Shown here piece by piece: positions 9,544-18,582 of a DNA stretch of 64,000 bases. A program made the translations under genes and the position numbers. A model generated the notes under the pieces. The model did not search any database, was not told where the DNA came from, and saw only the letters and a list, made by a program, of their open reading frames with translations. Numbering within the stretch: position 1 is the first letter of the stretch; every line of letters begins with the position of its first letter. Source of the DNA: an uncultured Acidobacteriota bacterium (GTDB lineage: Bacteria > Acidobacteriota > Thermoanaerobaculia > Multivoradales > JAHEKO01); contig CAVQNG010000025.1 in the NCBI GenBank assembly GCA_963713825.1, forward strand, positions 352,001-416,000. The letters are read 5' to 3'.

Positions 9544-12500
9544 TTGAAGCTCATCGATTTCTCGACCCGGCGTCCGGTCAGCATCATCATTTTCGCGGTC
9601 GCAGCCGTGGTCTTCGGTCTGGTGGCGTTCAGGCAACTGGCCACCGATCTGTTGCCGGACATCAACTATCCATCCCTGTCCGTTCAAACCACCTACGAAG
9701 GTACCGCACCGATCGAGGTGGAGAGCCTCATCACACGCCCGGTCGAGAACGCCGTCGGCGTGGTGAACAACGTCGTCCGGGTGGTCTCCAGCTCACGCAC
9801 GGACGTCAGCGAGGTGACACTCGAGTTCAGCTGGGGCACCAACATGGACATGGCGGCCCTCGACGTGCGGGAGCGCCTCGATGTGCTGCAACTGCCAGCC
9901 GATGCCGATCGGCCACTGCTGCTGCGTTTCGACCCCTCTCTCGATCCAATTCTTCGTCTCGGTCTCTCAGGAGGCAGCGACCTGGTGCGCCTGCGTCTGA
10001 TCGCCGAAGAACAGGTCAAGCGGGCGTTGGAGCGGATCGAGGGAGTTGCGGCAGTGGTAGTCAGTGGCGGGCTGGAGGAGGAGATTCAGGTCGCACTCGA
10101 TGAGCGCCGATTGGCCAATCTCGGTCTGACAGCCGATCGCGTGCTCGGTCGCCTGGCCCAAGAGAATATCAACCTCACTGGCGGTCGGCTGCGCGAGGGT
10201 CAGACCGAGTTCCTGGTGCGGACGGTCAATGAGTTTGTTCGGCCCGAGGACTTGAACGAGGTGGTGATCGACAGCTCGCAAGGTGCGATCGTCAGGCTGG
10301 AGGATGTGGCGCAGGTCTTCAAGGGCCACAAGGAGCGCGAGATCATCACGCGGATCAATGGCGAGGAGAGTGTCGAGGTCGCGGTCTACAAGGAGGGGGG
10401 CACGAACACAGTCACCGTTTCGGACGCGGTGACTGCCAGCCTCGAAGGTCTGCGAGAGCGATTGCAGAAGCTCGATCCCGGCCTGCAGTTGACGATCGTG
10501 ACCGATCAGGCCCGGTACATTCGGCAATCGGTGTCCGAAGTCTTGCGGACGGCCCTGTATGGAGGGCTGTTGGCCATTCTGGTGCTCTTCCTTTTTCTGC
10601 GCAGTTGGAAGACGACACTCATCATCAGTCTCGCCATTCCAATCTCTGTCGTCGCTACGTTCTTCCTGATGTACGTTTCGGGGATCTCCCTGAACATCAT
10701 GTCGCTCGGTGGTCTGACCTTGGGGATCGGGCTTCTGGTGGACAATGCCATCGTCGTTCTGGAGTCGATCCAGCGGCGGCGCGATGAGGGCATGGACGAG
10801 ATCGAGGCGGCTCAGACTGGGACCTCCGAGGTGGCGCGGGCGGTCATCGCCAGCACGCTCACGACGATCTGCGTGTTCGTGCCGATCGTGTTCGTAGAGG
10901 GTGTCGCGGGCCAACTCTTCGGCGATCAGGCCATGACCGTCGCCTTTTCACTGGTCGTCTCACTCCTCGTGGCACTGACCGTCATTCCCATGCTGGCGTC
11001 GCGCGACTTCACGCCACAGTCGGCGGAAAGCGAGGCCGCAGAGGACGGTGCGAAGAGGTCGAGCCTCTCGCAGGCGGTCGGCAATGCCATCTTCTCCCTC
11101 TCCGTTCTGGTGGCCTCTGGAGTGAAGGCAGTGGTTCGAGTACTGGGCCGACTGGTTGGTTGGTTGACGGTAATTCCCTTGGCGCTGTTCCAGCGCGGGT
11201 TCGAGTGGGTCGCCGCCCTCTATTCGCGGCTGCTTGACCGTGTCCTGCGGCACCCTGTGGTGACGGTGGTTATTGCCTTCGTCCTGTTGATCGGCAGTCT
11301 GTTCCTGGTTCCGCGGCTCGGCAGAGAGCTGATTCCGGAGCTGATTCAGGGTGAGCTCTTCGTCAACACCGAGCTGCCGCCGGGAACCCATCTGGATGTG
11401 ACCCAGCGTCGTATGGCGAGCCTGGAGACCGTCAGCATGGCCATGGAAGACGTCACCTCGGTCTATTCCATCTCCGGCGCGTCGAACGAGCAGGGCGGTG
11501 CTGCGGGCGAGCGGCGCGAGAACATCGGACAGCTGACGCTGACCATCAGTCCTCCCGTGTCGAGGCAGCGTGAAGAAGCGGTCATGACCAAGTTGCGGGC
11601 AGCGCTGGATCGTCAAGAGGGCATGACCTATCGGTTTGGCCGCCCGTCCTACTTCAGTTTTCGAACGCCGATCGAAGTCGAGATCCGGGGCTACAACCTG
11701 CGACTTCTCGAGCGGCTCGCGGATCAGTTGGTCGAGCAGATGTCCCGAATCGAAGGGTTGACGGACATCAAGGCGTCGACGGAAGGTGGCAATCCGGAGT
11801 TGCAGATCACCTTCGATCGGGAGCGATTAGCGACACTGGGCCTGACCCTGGGCGAAGTGGCGCCGGTAGTGCGCTCCAAGGTGCAGGGGGCCATCGCCAC
11901 CGACATCCAGCGCGAAGACCGCAAGATCGACATCAGGATGCGATCGCAAGAGCAGTATCGCAACAGCGCGCAGGATCTGCTGCAGTTGACCGTTCATCAG
12001 AGTGGCAAGACCGCCATTCCCCTGGGGGCCGTGGCGACGGTCGAAGAAGTCGAGGGGCCGGCCGAGATTCGGCGCTCCGAGGGTGAACGGGTGGCCCTGG
12101 TAACCGCGAACCTCGACGGCGGCGACTTGGGAACGGTGTCGGAGCAGATCGCAGCCGCCTTGAAAGAGATGAGTCTGCCTAGCGGCTATGAGTGGCGGAT
12201 CGGTGGCCAGCGACAGGAGATGGAGACCTCGTTTGCCAGCATGCGGTTGGCGATTCTGCTGGCCATCTTCATGGTCTATCTGGTGATGGCGTCACAGTTC
12301 GAGTCGCTGTTGCATCCTTTCGTCATCCTCTTCAGTGTTCCCTTCGCCCTCATCGGTTTGCTGGCGACGCTCTACGTGACCGACACGACGGTCTCCATCG
12401 TGGTGCTCATTGGGGCGATCCTTCTGGCCGGAATCGTCGTCAACAACGCTATTATCCTTGTCGACTACACGAACCAACTGCGCCGCGAAGGTGCCTCCAA

Positions 12501-12723
12501 GCTCGAGGCGCTGCGGCAGGCCGGCGAAGTTCGATTGCGGCCAATTCTCATGACCACGGCGACCACGGTGCTCGGGCTTCTACCGATGGCCTTGGGGTTG
12601 GGCGAAGGAAGCGAGCTCCGCAGCCCAATGGCACTGACCGTCATTGGAGGTCTGGTAACCTCGACGGCTCTGACCCTACTCATCATTCCGGCGGTCTACA
12701 GCCTGCTGGATCGAAGTCGCTAA
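9544..12723 (+). CDS. Second RND efflux permease
   Basis: GLLVDNAIVVLE, RLRPILMTT and PMALTVIGGL. Start refined to TTG (LKLIDFSTRRPV). Confidence 0.93.
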   Translation: MKLIDFSTRRPVSIIIFAVAAVVFGLVAFRQLATDLLPDINYPSLSVQTTYEGTAPIEVESLITRPVENAVGVVNNVVRVVSSSRTDVSEVTLEFSWGTNMDMAALDVRERLDVLQLPADADRPLLLRFDPSLDPILRLGLSGGSDLVRLRLIAEEQVKRALERIEGVAAVVVSGGLEEEIQVALDERRLANLGLTADRVLGRLAQENINLTGGRLREGQTEFLVRTVNEFVRPEDLNEVVIDSSQGAIVRLEDVAQVFKGHKEREIITRINGEESVEVAVYKEGGTNTVTVSDAVTASLEGLRERLQKLDPGLQLTIVTDQARYIRQSVSEVLRTALYGGLLAILVLFLFLRSWKTTLIISLAIPISVVATFFLMYVSGISLNIMSLGGLTLGIGLLVDNAIVVLESIQRRRDEGMDEIEAAQTGTSEVARAVIASTLTTICVFVPIVFVEGVAGQLFGDQAMTVAFSLVVSLLVALTVIPMLASRDFTPQSAESEAAEDGAKRSSLSQAVGNAIFSLSVLVASGVKAVVRVLGRLVGWLTVIPLALFQRGFEWVAALYSRLLDRVLRHPVVTVVIAFVLLIGSLFLVPRLGRELIPELIQGELFVNTELPPGTHLDVTQRRMASLETVSMAMEDVTSVYSISGASNEQGGAAGERRENIGQLTLTISPPVSRQREEAVMTKLRAALDRQEGMTYRFGRPSYFSFRTPIEVEIRGYNLRLLERLADQLVEQMSRIEGLTDIKASTEGGNPELQITFDRERLATLGLTLGEVAPVVRSKVQGAIATDIQREDRKIDIRMRSQEQYRNSAQDLLQLTVHQSGKTAIPLGAVATVEEVEGPAEIRRSEGERVALVTANLDGGDLGTVSEQIAAALKEMSLPSGYEWRIGGQRQEMETSFASMRLAILLAIFMVYLVMASQFESLLHPFVILFSVPFALIGLLATLYVTDTTVSIVVLIGAILLAGIVVNNAIILVDYTNQLRREGASKLEALRQAGEVRLRPILMTTATTVLGLLPMALGLGEGSELRSPMALTVIGGLVTSTALTLLIIPAVYSLLDRSR

Positions 12724-12730
12724 TCTGAAG

Positions 12731-14308
12731 ATGTTCGGACCTGACAGAGCTCTCGAGCCAATCGGTGGGACGGATCGGCCGATGGCTTTGAGGGCCAGTC
12801 TGGGCCTGATTGCCGGACTCGCCCTGGTCAAGCTGGCCATTCATCTGATCACCAACGGCCTGGGTGGCTACGGAATATTCCGGGACGAGCTCTACTACCT
12901 GGCGTGCGCTCGGCACCTGGGCTTGGGTTATGTCGATCAACCACCGCTGTCGATCTACCTGCTGGCGGTTTCTTCGCAGCTGTTCGGCGAATCGGTCTTC
13001 GCTCTACGGCTCTTGCCGGCCGTCTTCGGATCGCTGACGGTCTTCCTGGTTGGCTTATTGGCGCGAGAACTGGGGGGTGGGCGCTGGGCTCAGCTGTTGG
13101 CTGGCCTGGCAGCCTTGGTCTCCCTCATCTTCTTGGCCATGGACTCGGTGTATTCCATGAACGCCTTCGACCATCTGGTGTGGGCTGCCGTCGCTTTTCT
13201 CGTGGCTCGGTTGCTCAGGACCAGTCAGCCTGTCTACTGGCCGCTCATCGGCATCGCGGTGGGTCTCGGGCTCTTGAACAAGGTCGGTGCTCTCTGGTTG
13301 GGGACGGGGATCGCGGTCGGGCTGCTGGCGACTCGTGAGCGGCGCTGGTTGGCGACGCGATGGCCGTGGCTGGCGGGCGTTCTGGCGCTGACTCTCTTCT
13401 TGCCGTATGTGTGGTGGAACCTGACGCACGACTGGGCCCATCTGGAGTTCATTCGTAATGCCACGGCTGGCAAGTACTCGAGACTGTCGGCCTGGACCTT
13501 CCTCTCTCAGCAATTGCTTGTGCAGAATCCCGTCACGGTACCGGTTTGGGGTTCGGGGTTGATCTTCCTTCTCGTCAGCCCCTCGGGTCGGCGGTTTCGC
13601 ATGCTGGGCTGGATCTATCTAGCATCGCTGTTGATTCTCGTGGCCAATGGTCATAGCAAGGCAGAGTACCTGTCACCTGCTTACACGATTCTCTTCGCAG
13701 CTGGCGGTGTGGCACTGGAGCGCTGGTCGGGTCGGCCAGGCCTCGCCTGGGTGAGAGTGGTGATCGCGGTCCAGTTGATCGTGGGGCTGATTCTGGCGCC
13801 AATGGTGGTGCCGATCTTGCCGGTCGAGACCTACATTGCCTACGCCCAGAGCCTGGGTGTACAACCCTCGACGAGCGAGAGCAAGGAGCTAGCGGAGCTA
13901 CCGCAGTTCTACGCCGACATGTTCGGTTGGGAGGAGAAAGCCGCCGCAGTTGCTAATGTGTATGACTCCCTGTCTACCGAGGAGAAGGCCGTAGTTGCCA
14001 TCTTTGCCGCGAACTATGGGCGGGCTGGAGCCATCGACTACTTCGGACCGGAGTTGGGACTTCCCTCCGCCATCAGTTCCCATAACAGCTACTGGCTGTG
14101 GGGACCTCGCGACTTCAATGGAGAGATTGTCATCGTGTTGGGTGGGGAACGCGAGGGCCTGGAAGACAGTTTCGGCAGCGTCGAGTTGGCAGGTCGAGTG
14201 CCGTGCCGATTCTGTATGCCCTATGAAAGCGATCTGCCCATCTTCGTGTGCCGCGAACTGAAGCTGCCGGTTGCCGAGGTCTGGGACCGGCTCAAGAACT
14301 ACAGCTGA
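12731..14308 (+). CDS. GT-C (ArnT/PMT_2-like, GT39/GT83) membrane glycosyltransferase
   Basis: RDELYY...GYVDQPPL motif, multiple TM helices and a C-terminal soluble domain. Confidence 0.8.
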   Translation: MFGPDRALEPIGGTDRPMALRASLGLIAGLALVKLAIHLITNGLGGYGIFRDELYYLACARHLGLGYVDQPPLSIYLLAVSSQLFGESVFALRLLPAVFGSLTVFLVGLLARELGGGRWAQLLAGLAALVSLIFLAMDSVYSMNAFDHLVWAAVAFLVARLLRTSQPVYWPLIGIAVGLGLLNKVGALWLGTGIAVGLLATRERRWLATRWPWLAGVLALTLFLPYVWWNLTHDWAHLEFIRNATAGKYSRLSAWTFLSQQLLVQNPVTVPVWGSGLIFLLVSPSGRRFRMLGWIYLASLLILVANGHSKAEYLSPAYTILFAAGGVALERWSGRPGLAWVRVVIAVQLIVGLILAPMVVPILPVETYIAYAQSLGVQPSTSESKELAELPQFYADMFGWEEKAAAVANVYDSLSTEEKAVVAIFAANYGRAGAIDYFGPELGLPSAISSHNSYWLWGPRDFNGEIVIVLGGEREGLEDSFGSVELAGRVPCRFCMPYESDLPIFVCRELKLPVAEVWDRLKNYS

Positions 14309-14348
14309 AAAGGGCTTCGGGAGCGCGAGTGGCGTCCGGAGTCGGGAG

Positions 14349-15527
14349 TCAATGCAAGGCGGCCGAAGCGACCTCTGCCAGGTGACCTCCTATGGCCAGG
14401 GCCGCGGTGGCCGCTGGCGAGGGTGCATTGAGCACATGTAGCATGCGGTCGGATTGCAGTATCTGAAAGTCGTCGAGCAGCCTACCCCGGGCATCGATCG
14501 CCTGGGCTCGCACGCCGCTTCTGGAAGGCGCGAGCTGCTCCGCGGTGACGGTTGGCATCAGTCGCTGCAAGCCCTCGACGAAGGCTGCACGGTTCCAGGA
14601 ACGGTACATCTCTCCAGCCCCGGTGCGCCAGAAGCCGGTCGCCAGTCTCCAGAATCCCGGATACAGCAAGGTGTCAGCGGTATCTCGGAGTGAGAAGTCG
14701 GTTGCTCGGTAGCCTTCCCGCTTCCAGGCCAGCACGGCGTTGGGTCCGGCCAGGACCCGATCGTCGATGGTGCGAGTCAGATGAATGCCGAGAAACGGCA
14801 GCCGGGGATCCGGTACGGGATAGATCAGCCCATTGACCTTGTCGGCAGCGGAGGCTGTCAGTTCCAGATACTCGCCGCGGAATGGCACCAGCCGTATCTC
14901 TGGCTTCAGGCCGCAAAGCCTGGCGACGCGGTCCGCCTGTAGCCCGGCGCAGTTGATCAGGAGGCGACAGCGGACGGTCTTCGAATCAGTCTCGATCTTG
15001 ATGCCGCTCGGCTCGGTCGACACCTTCCGGACGCGGGCCGAGGTGAGAATTCGACCTCCTTTGTCGGCGATCAACTCGGCGAGCCGAGCGGCCACTCGGC
15101 TGAAGTCGACAATGCCTGTCTGCGGTACCCAGAGAGCGCCGACGCCAACGGCTGACGGCTCTTTGTCGCGAATACCCGCAGCGTCGAGTCGCTCGACGCC
15201 TTCTAGACCGTTGGCGTCCGCCCTTTCGGCCAGCCTGTCCAGTGCCGGCAGCTCACTGTCATCGACTGCTACGACCAGCTTGCCGCAGCGCCGATAGGCG
15301 ATCTCGTTGTCGTCACAGAATCGGTAGAGAGCGTCCCGCCCCGAAGCGCAGAACCGTGCTTTGTCGGAGCCGGGCCGGTAGTAGAGGCCCGAGTGAATGA
15401 CGCCGCTGTTGCGGCCGGTCTGGTGGAGCGCCAGTTCGTTCTCGGCCTCGAGGACGACGAGCGAACCGACTCCCTTGTCGGCAAGAGATCGAGCTGTCGC
15501 GAGGCCTACGATGCCTCCCCCGATCAC
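14349..15527 (-). CDS. lhgO: L-2-hydroxyglutarate oxidase (FAD-dependent); N-terminus anomalous
   Basis: GGGIVG, HQTGRNSGVIHSGLYY, YPVPDP.LPFLG.H, GVRAQA and NAPSPAATA motifs. Confidence 0.9.
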   Translation of the reverse strand: MIGGGIVGLATARSLADKGVGSLVVLEAENELALHQTGRNSGVIHSGLYYRPGSDKARFCASGRDALYRFCDDNEIAYRRCGKLVVAVDDSELPALDRLAERADANGLEGVERLDAAGIRDKEPSAVGVGALWVPQTGIVDFSRVAARLAELIADKGGRILTSARVRKVSTEPSGIKIETDSKTVRCRLLINCAGLQADRVARLCGLKPEIRLVPFRGEYLELTASAADKVNGLIYPVPDPRLPFLGIHLTRTIDDRVLAGPNAVLAWKREGYRATDFSLRDTADTLLYPGFWRLATGFWRTGAGEMYRSWNRAAFVEGLQRLMPTVTAEQLAPSRSGVRAQAIDARGRLLDDFQILQSDRMLHVLNAPSPAATAALAIGGHLAEVASAALH

Positions 15528-15607
15528 CGCTACATCCTGTTGTCGGGCTGCTCATCACTTGGTCATTCTGGCTTGGCGGCAGACGAAATGGAAGTCTATT
15601 GGCCGGT

Positions 15608-16309
15608 CTACTCCTGGCCCTCGCCGCCGCTGAGCTTCAAGTACTCGGTCAGGGTTGTCTTGCCTTGGCCCTCGAACTCGACGAAACGAAGCCCCAGGCC
15701 CTGGACAGCCTCCCGGTCCGGATCGGTATGCCGCACGACCTCCGCCATCACATGAATGGGATCGGAGGAGCTCGGTACGGAAATCGCCAGTCGAACCTCG
15801 GATCCGACGGGGATGCTTTCCTGCAGTCGGACCAGCATGCCCGACTTCGAGATGTTGTCCGTCTGACACATCCTCAGGAGCTTGCCTGCACCCAATTGCA
15901 CTTCCAATCGGAGCATCAGGCGGGGTGCTGCGCGCGTCGAGTCCCCGATGATCTCCATGATGCCCTTTTGGAGGTCGTCGCCCTCCATGTCGGCTGGGAG
16001 AAATCGATGCTCATCGTCGAGATAAGGCTCGATCTCCGCCAGAAGATGCTTGTCAGCCAGGAGCGCGATGGCGGGTCCTTTCGTGGTGGGGCCGCAGGAG
16101 GACAGACCCGCCATGAAGGCGTCGAGACGCATGTCGATCAGCGGGAAGGCGACGATGACAAGTCGCGGTCGCTTTGTCTGAACCATCTTGAGAGCTGTCT
16201 GGCCGAGTGGCACCCGATGCACCGCCAGATCGGATCGGTCCAGGATGGAATCGATTTTAGATAGAAGTCCCCCTTGGGCTCCCACGGCTAGGACAATGGG
16301 CCTCTCCAT
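15608..16309 (-). CDS. Degenerate receiver-like domain plus PilZ domain protein
   Basis: PilZ motifs RAAPR and NISKSG, and GLGLRF. N-terminal CheY-like pattern lacks the acceptor Asp. Start refined to MERPIV. Confidence 0.75.
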   Translation of the reverse strand: MERPIVLAVGAQGGLLSKIDSILDRSDLAVHRVPLGQTALKMVQTKRPRLVIVAFPLIDMRLDAFMAGLSSCGPTTKGPAIALLADKHLLAEIEPYLDDEHRFLPADMEGDDLQKGIMEIIGDSTRAAPRLMLRLEVQLGAGKLLRMCQTDNISKSGMLVRLQESIPVGSEVRLAISVPSSSDPIHVMAEVVRHTDPDREAVQGLGLRFVEFEGQGKTTLTEYLKLSGGEGQE

Positions 16310-16388
16310 AGTTACTCTCAGAGAGCATGCTATGGGCGGAGGGCCCGGTTCTCCTATGAGATCTACCACCGGGTCTGTGGCGAATACC

Positions 16389-18542
16389 TCACTCGGGGTC
16401 GAGCTTGTCGAAGACGTAGCCTGCCTTCGCTGCGCCCCAGACCTGCTGGCCCTGAGCATCGAAACCGCGGTCCCAGGACAGCACTCTCTCAGGCGTGATC
16501 AACACTTCGGAGGTGGCGTAGCTGGCGCCGCGCAGACGACTGCCGCACTCCTGGTCCGCGGTGGCTCCAGCAAAGGTCTCAGGGCCCGCGCGGCGGAGAT
16601 CGATAGCGCAGCCCTGGCGCCGGCTCAGATCTTCGGCAGAGATCGCTTTCAGCAGCCCGACATTGCGCCAAGCACCGGCGAGCTCCAGCGGGTCGCCTGG
16701 CAAGGTGAAGACCTCGCTGCGAATCGCTTCCTCATCGACTCGGGAAAGACGGTAGATGCGCTGGCGATAGGGCTGTGCGAGATTGTCTGCGGAGGCCTGC
16801 TCGACGTAGAGCCAGACCGCGTCGGTGCGACTCGGCCAGATGCGACTCATGAAGAGGCGGATGTCGTAGTAGCTCTCGGGGTCGGACTCGGCTTGCCTGG
16901 CGCTGGAGAAGGAACCCTCCATCCAGGTGGCGAGTGTTTCGATCTCCTCGTCTCCGGCACCGGCGGGCATGGTGAAGAGAGAGGCCATGAGGTCGATGCC
17001 ATACCAGAGGTTGGCTAGGCGCAGATTCTCGTTGGGAGCGTGTTGGTTGTCGTCGTGGTTGGCGATCGGTGTGATTACCACCGGGGCAGCAAGAGTCTCC
17101 GTGAAGAGATAGAGGGGTAAAGAACCACCCAGAGTCGGTAGAAGCACCAGGTCTCCATCGGAGGCCCTCGTCGCGGCCGCGATGATTTCCCGAGCTACCG
17201 GAAGATCCATCGATGTTCGCGCCGCCCGGTACCCAGAGCGGCGATCGATCTTGATGAGCTTGGCGAACTCGAGTCGATTGGTCAGGTCGGGCTCCTCCTT
17301 GACGACGTGGTAGCCCTGCTCACGAATGTGGGCCTCGACAAGGTCCAGCATGGCCTCGGGGTCGTTCCCCTTGGCAAGTCGAATGTCGATGCTTGCCGTC
17401 GCCTCGGTGGGGATGATGTTGCGGGCGGCCTCGCCGACGGTGGCACTCTGCAGGCCCCGAATGTTGAGGGAGGGCAACAGCAGCCGATCGGCCAAGGGGG
17501 CATTGCCCGATTCTGTGCGAGCCAACCCCAACTCGTGGCGCAGCTGGTTGTCGAAATCGGGTAGCGAGTCCATTGCCTCTTGCTCGGAGGCCGACACCGG
17601 CTCGGTGCTCTCGTAGAAGCCGTCGATCAGGACGTGCCCCTCTTCATCCTTCATGCTGGCCAGCAATCGAGCCAAGCGCAAGGCCGGATTGGGGGCCCAG
17701 TTGCCGTAGTGCCCACTGTGCAGGTAGCGGGTGGCTCCGTACACGGTGAGATCGATCCCGGTGTAGCCTCGGACGCCGAATACCAGTTGAGGTCGCCTGC
17801 TCTGGTGGACCGGGCCGTCACAGATCAGCCAGGCATCGACACCCAGGGCCTCACGATGTGCCTCCATGTAGGCGCCGAGGTGTTCGGAGCCAGCCTCTTC
17901 CTCTCCTTCGAAGAGGAAGATCAGGTTGGAGGTCAGTGGGACCTCGCTGGCGCGCAGAGCATCAAGAGCGCCGAAAATCGCGGCCAGGGGAGCCTTGTCG
18001 TCTCCGGTGGAGCGGCCGTAGAGGCGCCATTCGGGATCGATGGCTTCGCCGGCGGTCGGCAGCGGGCGCAGGTTTCCTCCCTCCTCCTGAGCACGCGTGT
18101 AGAGAACCGGGCTCCAGGCCGGGTGGGTCCACTGACTCCCGTCCACCGGCTGACCGTCGTAGTGCACGTAGATCCCGAGAGTCCGGCTGGCGCCTTCGAC
18201 CGGAAGTGAGCCGTAGACCACCGGCGGAACGTCGTCGGTGAGGTTCCAGAGCTCAGCCGCGACGCCGCGCTCCTCGAGTTGGCTTCGGATGGCCTCGGCG
18301 TTGCGTCGGATGTTGACGCCGTCCGAGGCCACGTTCGGCATGGAGAGTAGCTCGACGAAATCCTGCAGCAGGCTCCAGCCGTTGGATTGGCGCCAGGCCC
18401 TGACCTGCGCCAGGAGCTCTTTGGAGCTCAGCTGCGGTGCCGTGGTCTCGGCGCATCTGACTGGTTGAACCGAGTTCAAGGTGGCCAGAAAGAGGGCACC
18501 GCACAGGACCGTGGCTCGATAGCGTTTCATCGTCTTCCTCAC
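16389..18542 (-). CDS. Secreted M20/M25/M40 metallopeptidase fused to C-terminal CpcT/CpeT-like domain
   Basis: M20 motifs HYDGQP, GRSTGDDK, EGEEE and NQHAPNE. C-terminal LYVEQA, PYRQRIY, GC, SWDRGFD and VWG. Confidence 0.85.
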   Translation of the reverse strand: MRKTMKRYRATVLCGALFLATLNSVQPVRCAETTAPQLSSKELLAQVRAWRQSNGWSLLQDFVELLSMPNVASDGVNIRRNAEAIRSQLEERGVAAELWNLTDDVPPVVYGSLPVEGASRTLGIYVHYDGQPVDGSQWTHPAWSPVLYTRAQEEGGNLRPLPTAGEAIDPEWRLYGRSTGDDKAPLAAIFGALDALRASEVPLTSNLIFLFEGEEEAGSEHLGAYMEAHREALGVDAWLICDGPVHQSRRPQLVFGVRGYTGIDLTVYGATRYLHSGHYGNWAPNPALRLARLLASMKDEEGHVLIDGFYESTEPVSASEQEAMDSLPDFDNQLRHELGLARTESGNAPLADRLLLPSLNIRGLQSATVGEAARNIIPTEATASIDIRLAKGNDPEAMLDLVEAHIREQGYHVVKEEPDLTNRLEFAKLIKIDRRSGYRAARTSMDLPVAREIIAAATRASDGDLVLLPTLGGSLPLYLFTETLAAPVVITPIANHDDNQHAPNENLRLANLWYGIDLMASLFTMPAGAGDEEIETLATWMEGSFSSARQAESDPESYYDIRLFMSRIWPSRTDAVWLYVEQASADNLAQPYRQRIYRLSRVDEEAIRSEVFTLPGDPLELAGAWRNVGLLKAISAEDLSRRQGCAIDLRRAGPETFAGATADQECGSRLRGASYATSEVLITPERVLSWDRGFDAQGQQVWGAAKAGYVFDKLDPE

Positions 18543-18582
18543 TGGTAAGTGCGAGGTTCCTGGAACATGGATCAGGGATGGG

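Noticed and set aside
16389-16950. Evidence of phototrophy or phycobilisomes from the CpcT-like domain
   Set aside because: No phycobiliprotein, bilin reductase or photosystem genes are present, and the domain sits on an exported peptidase.
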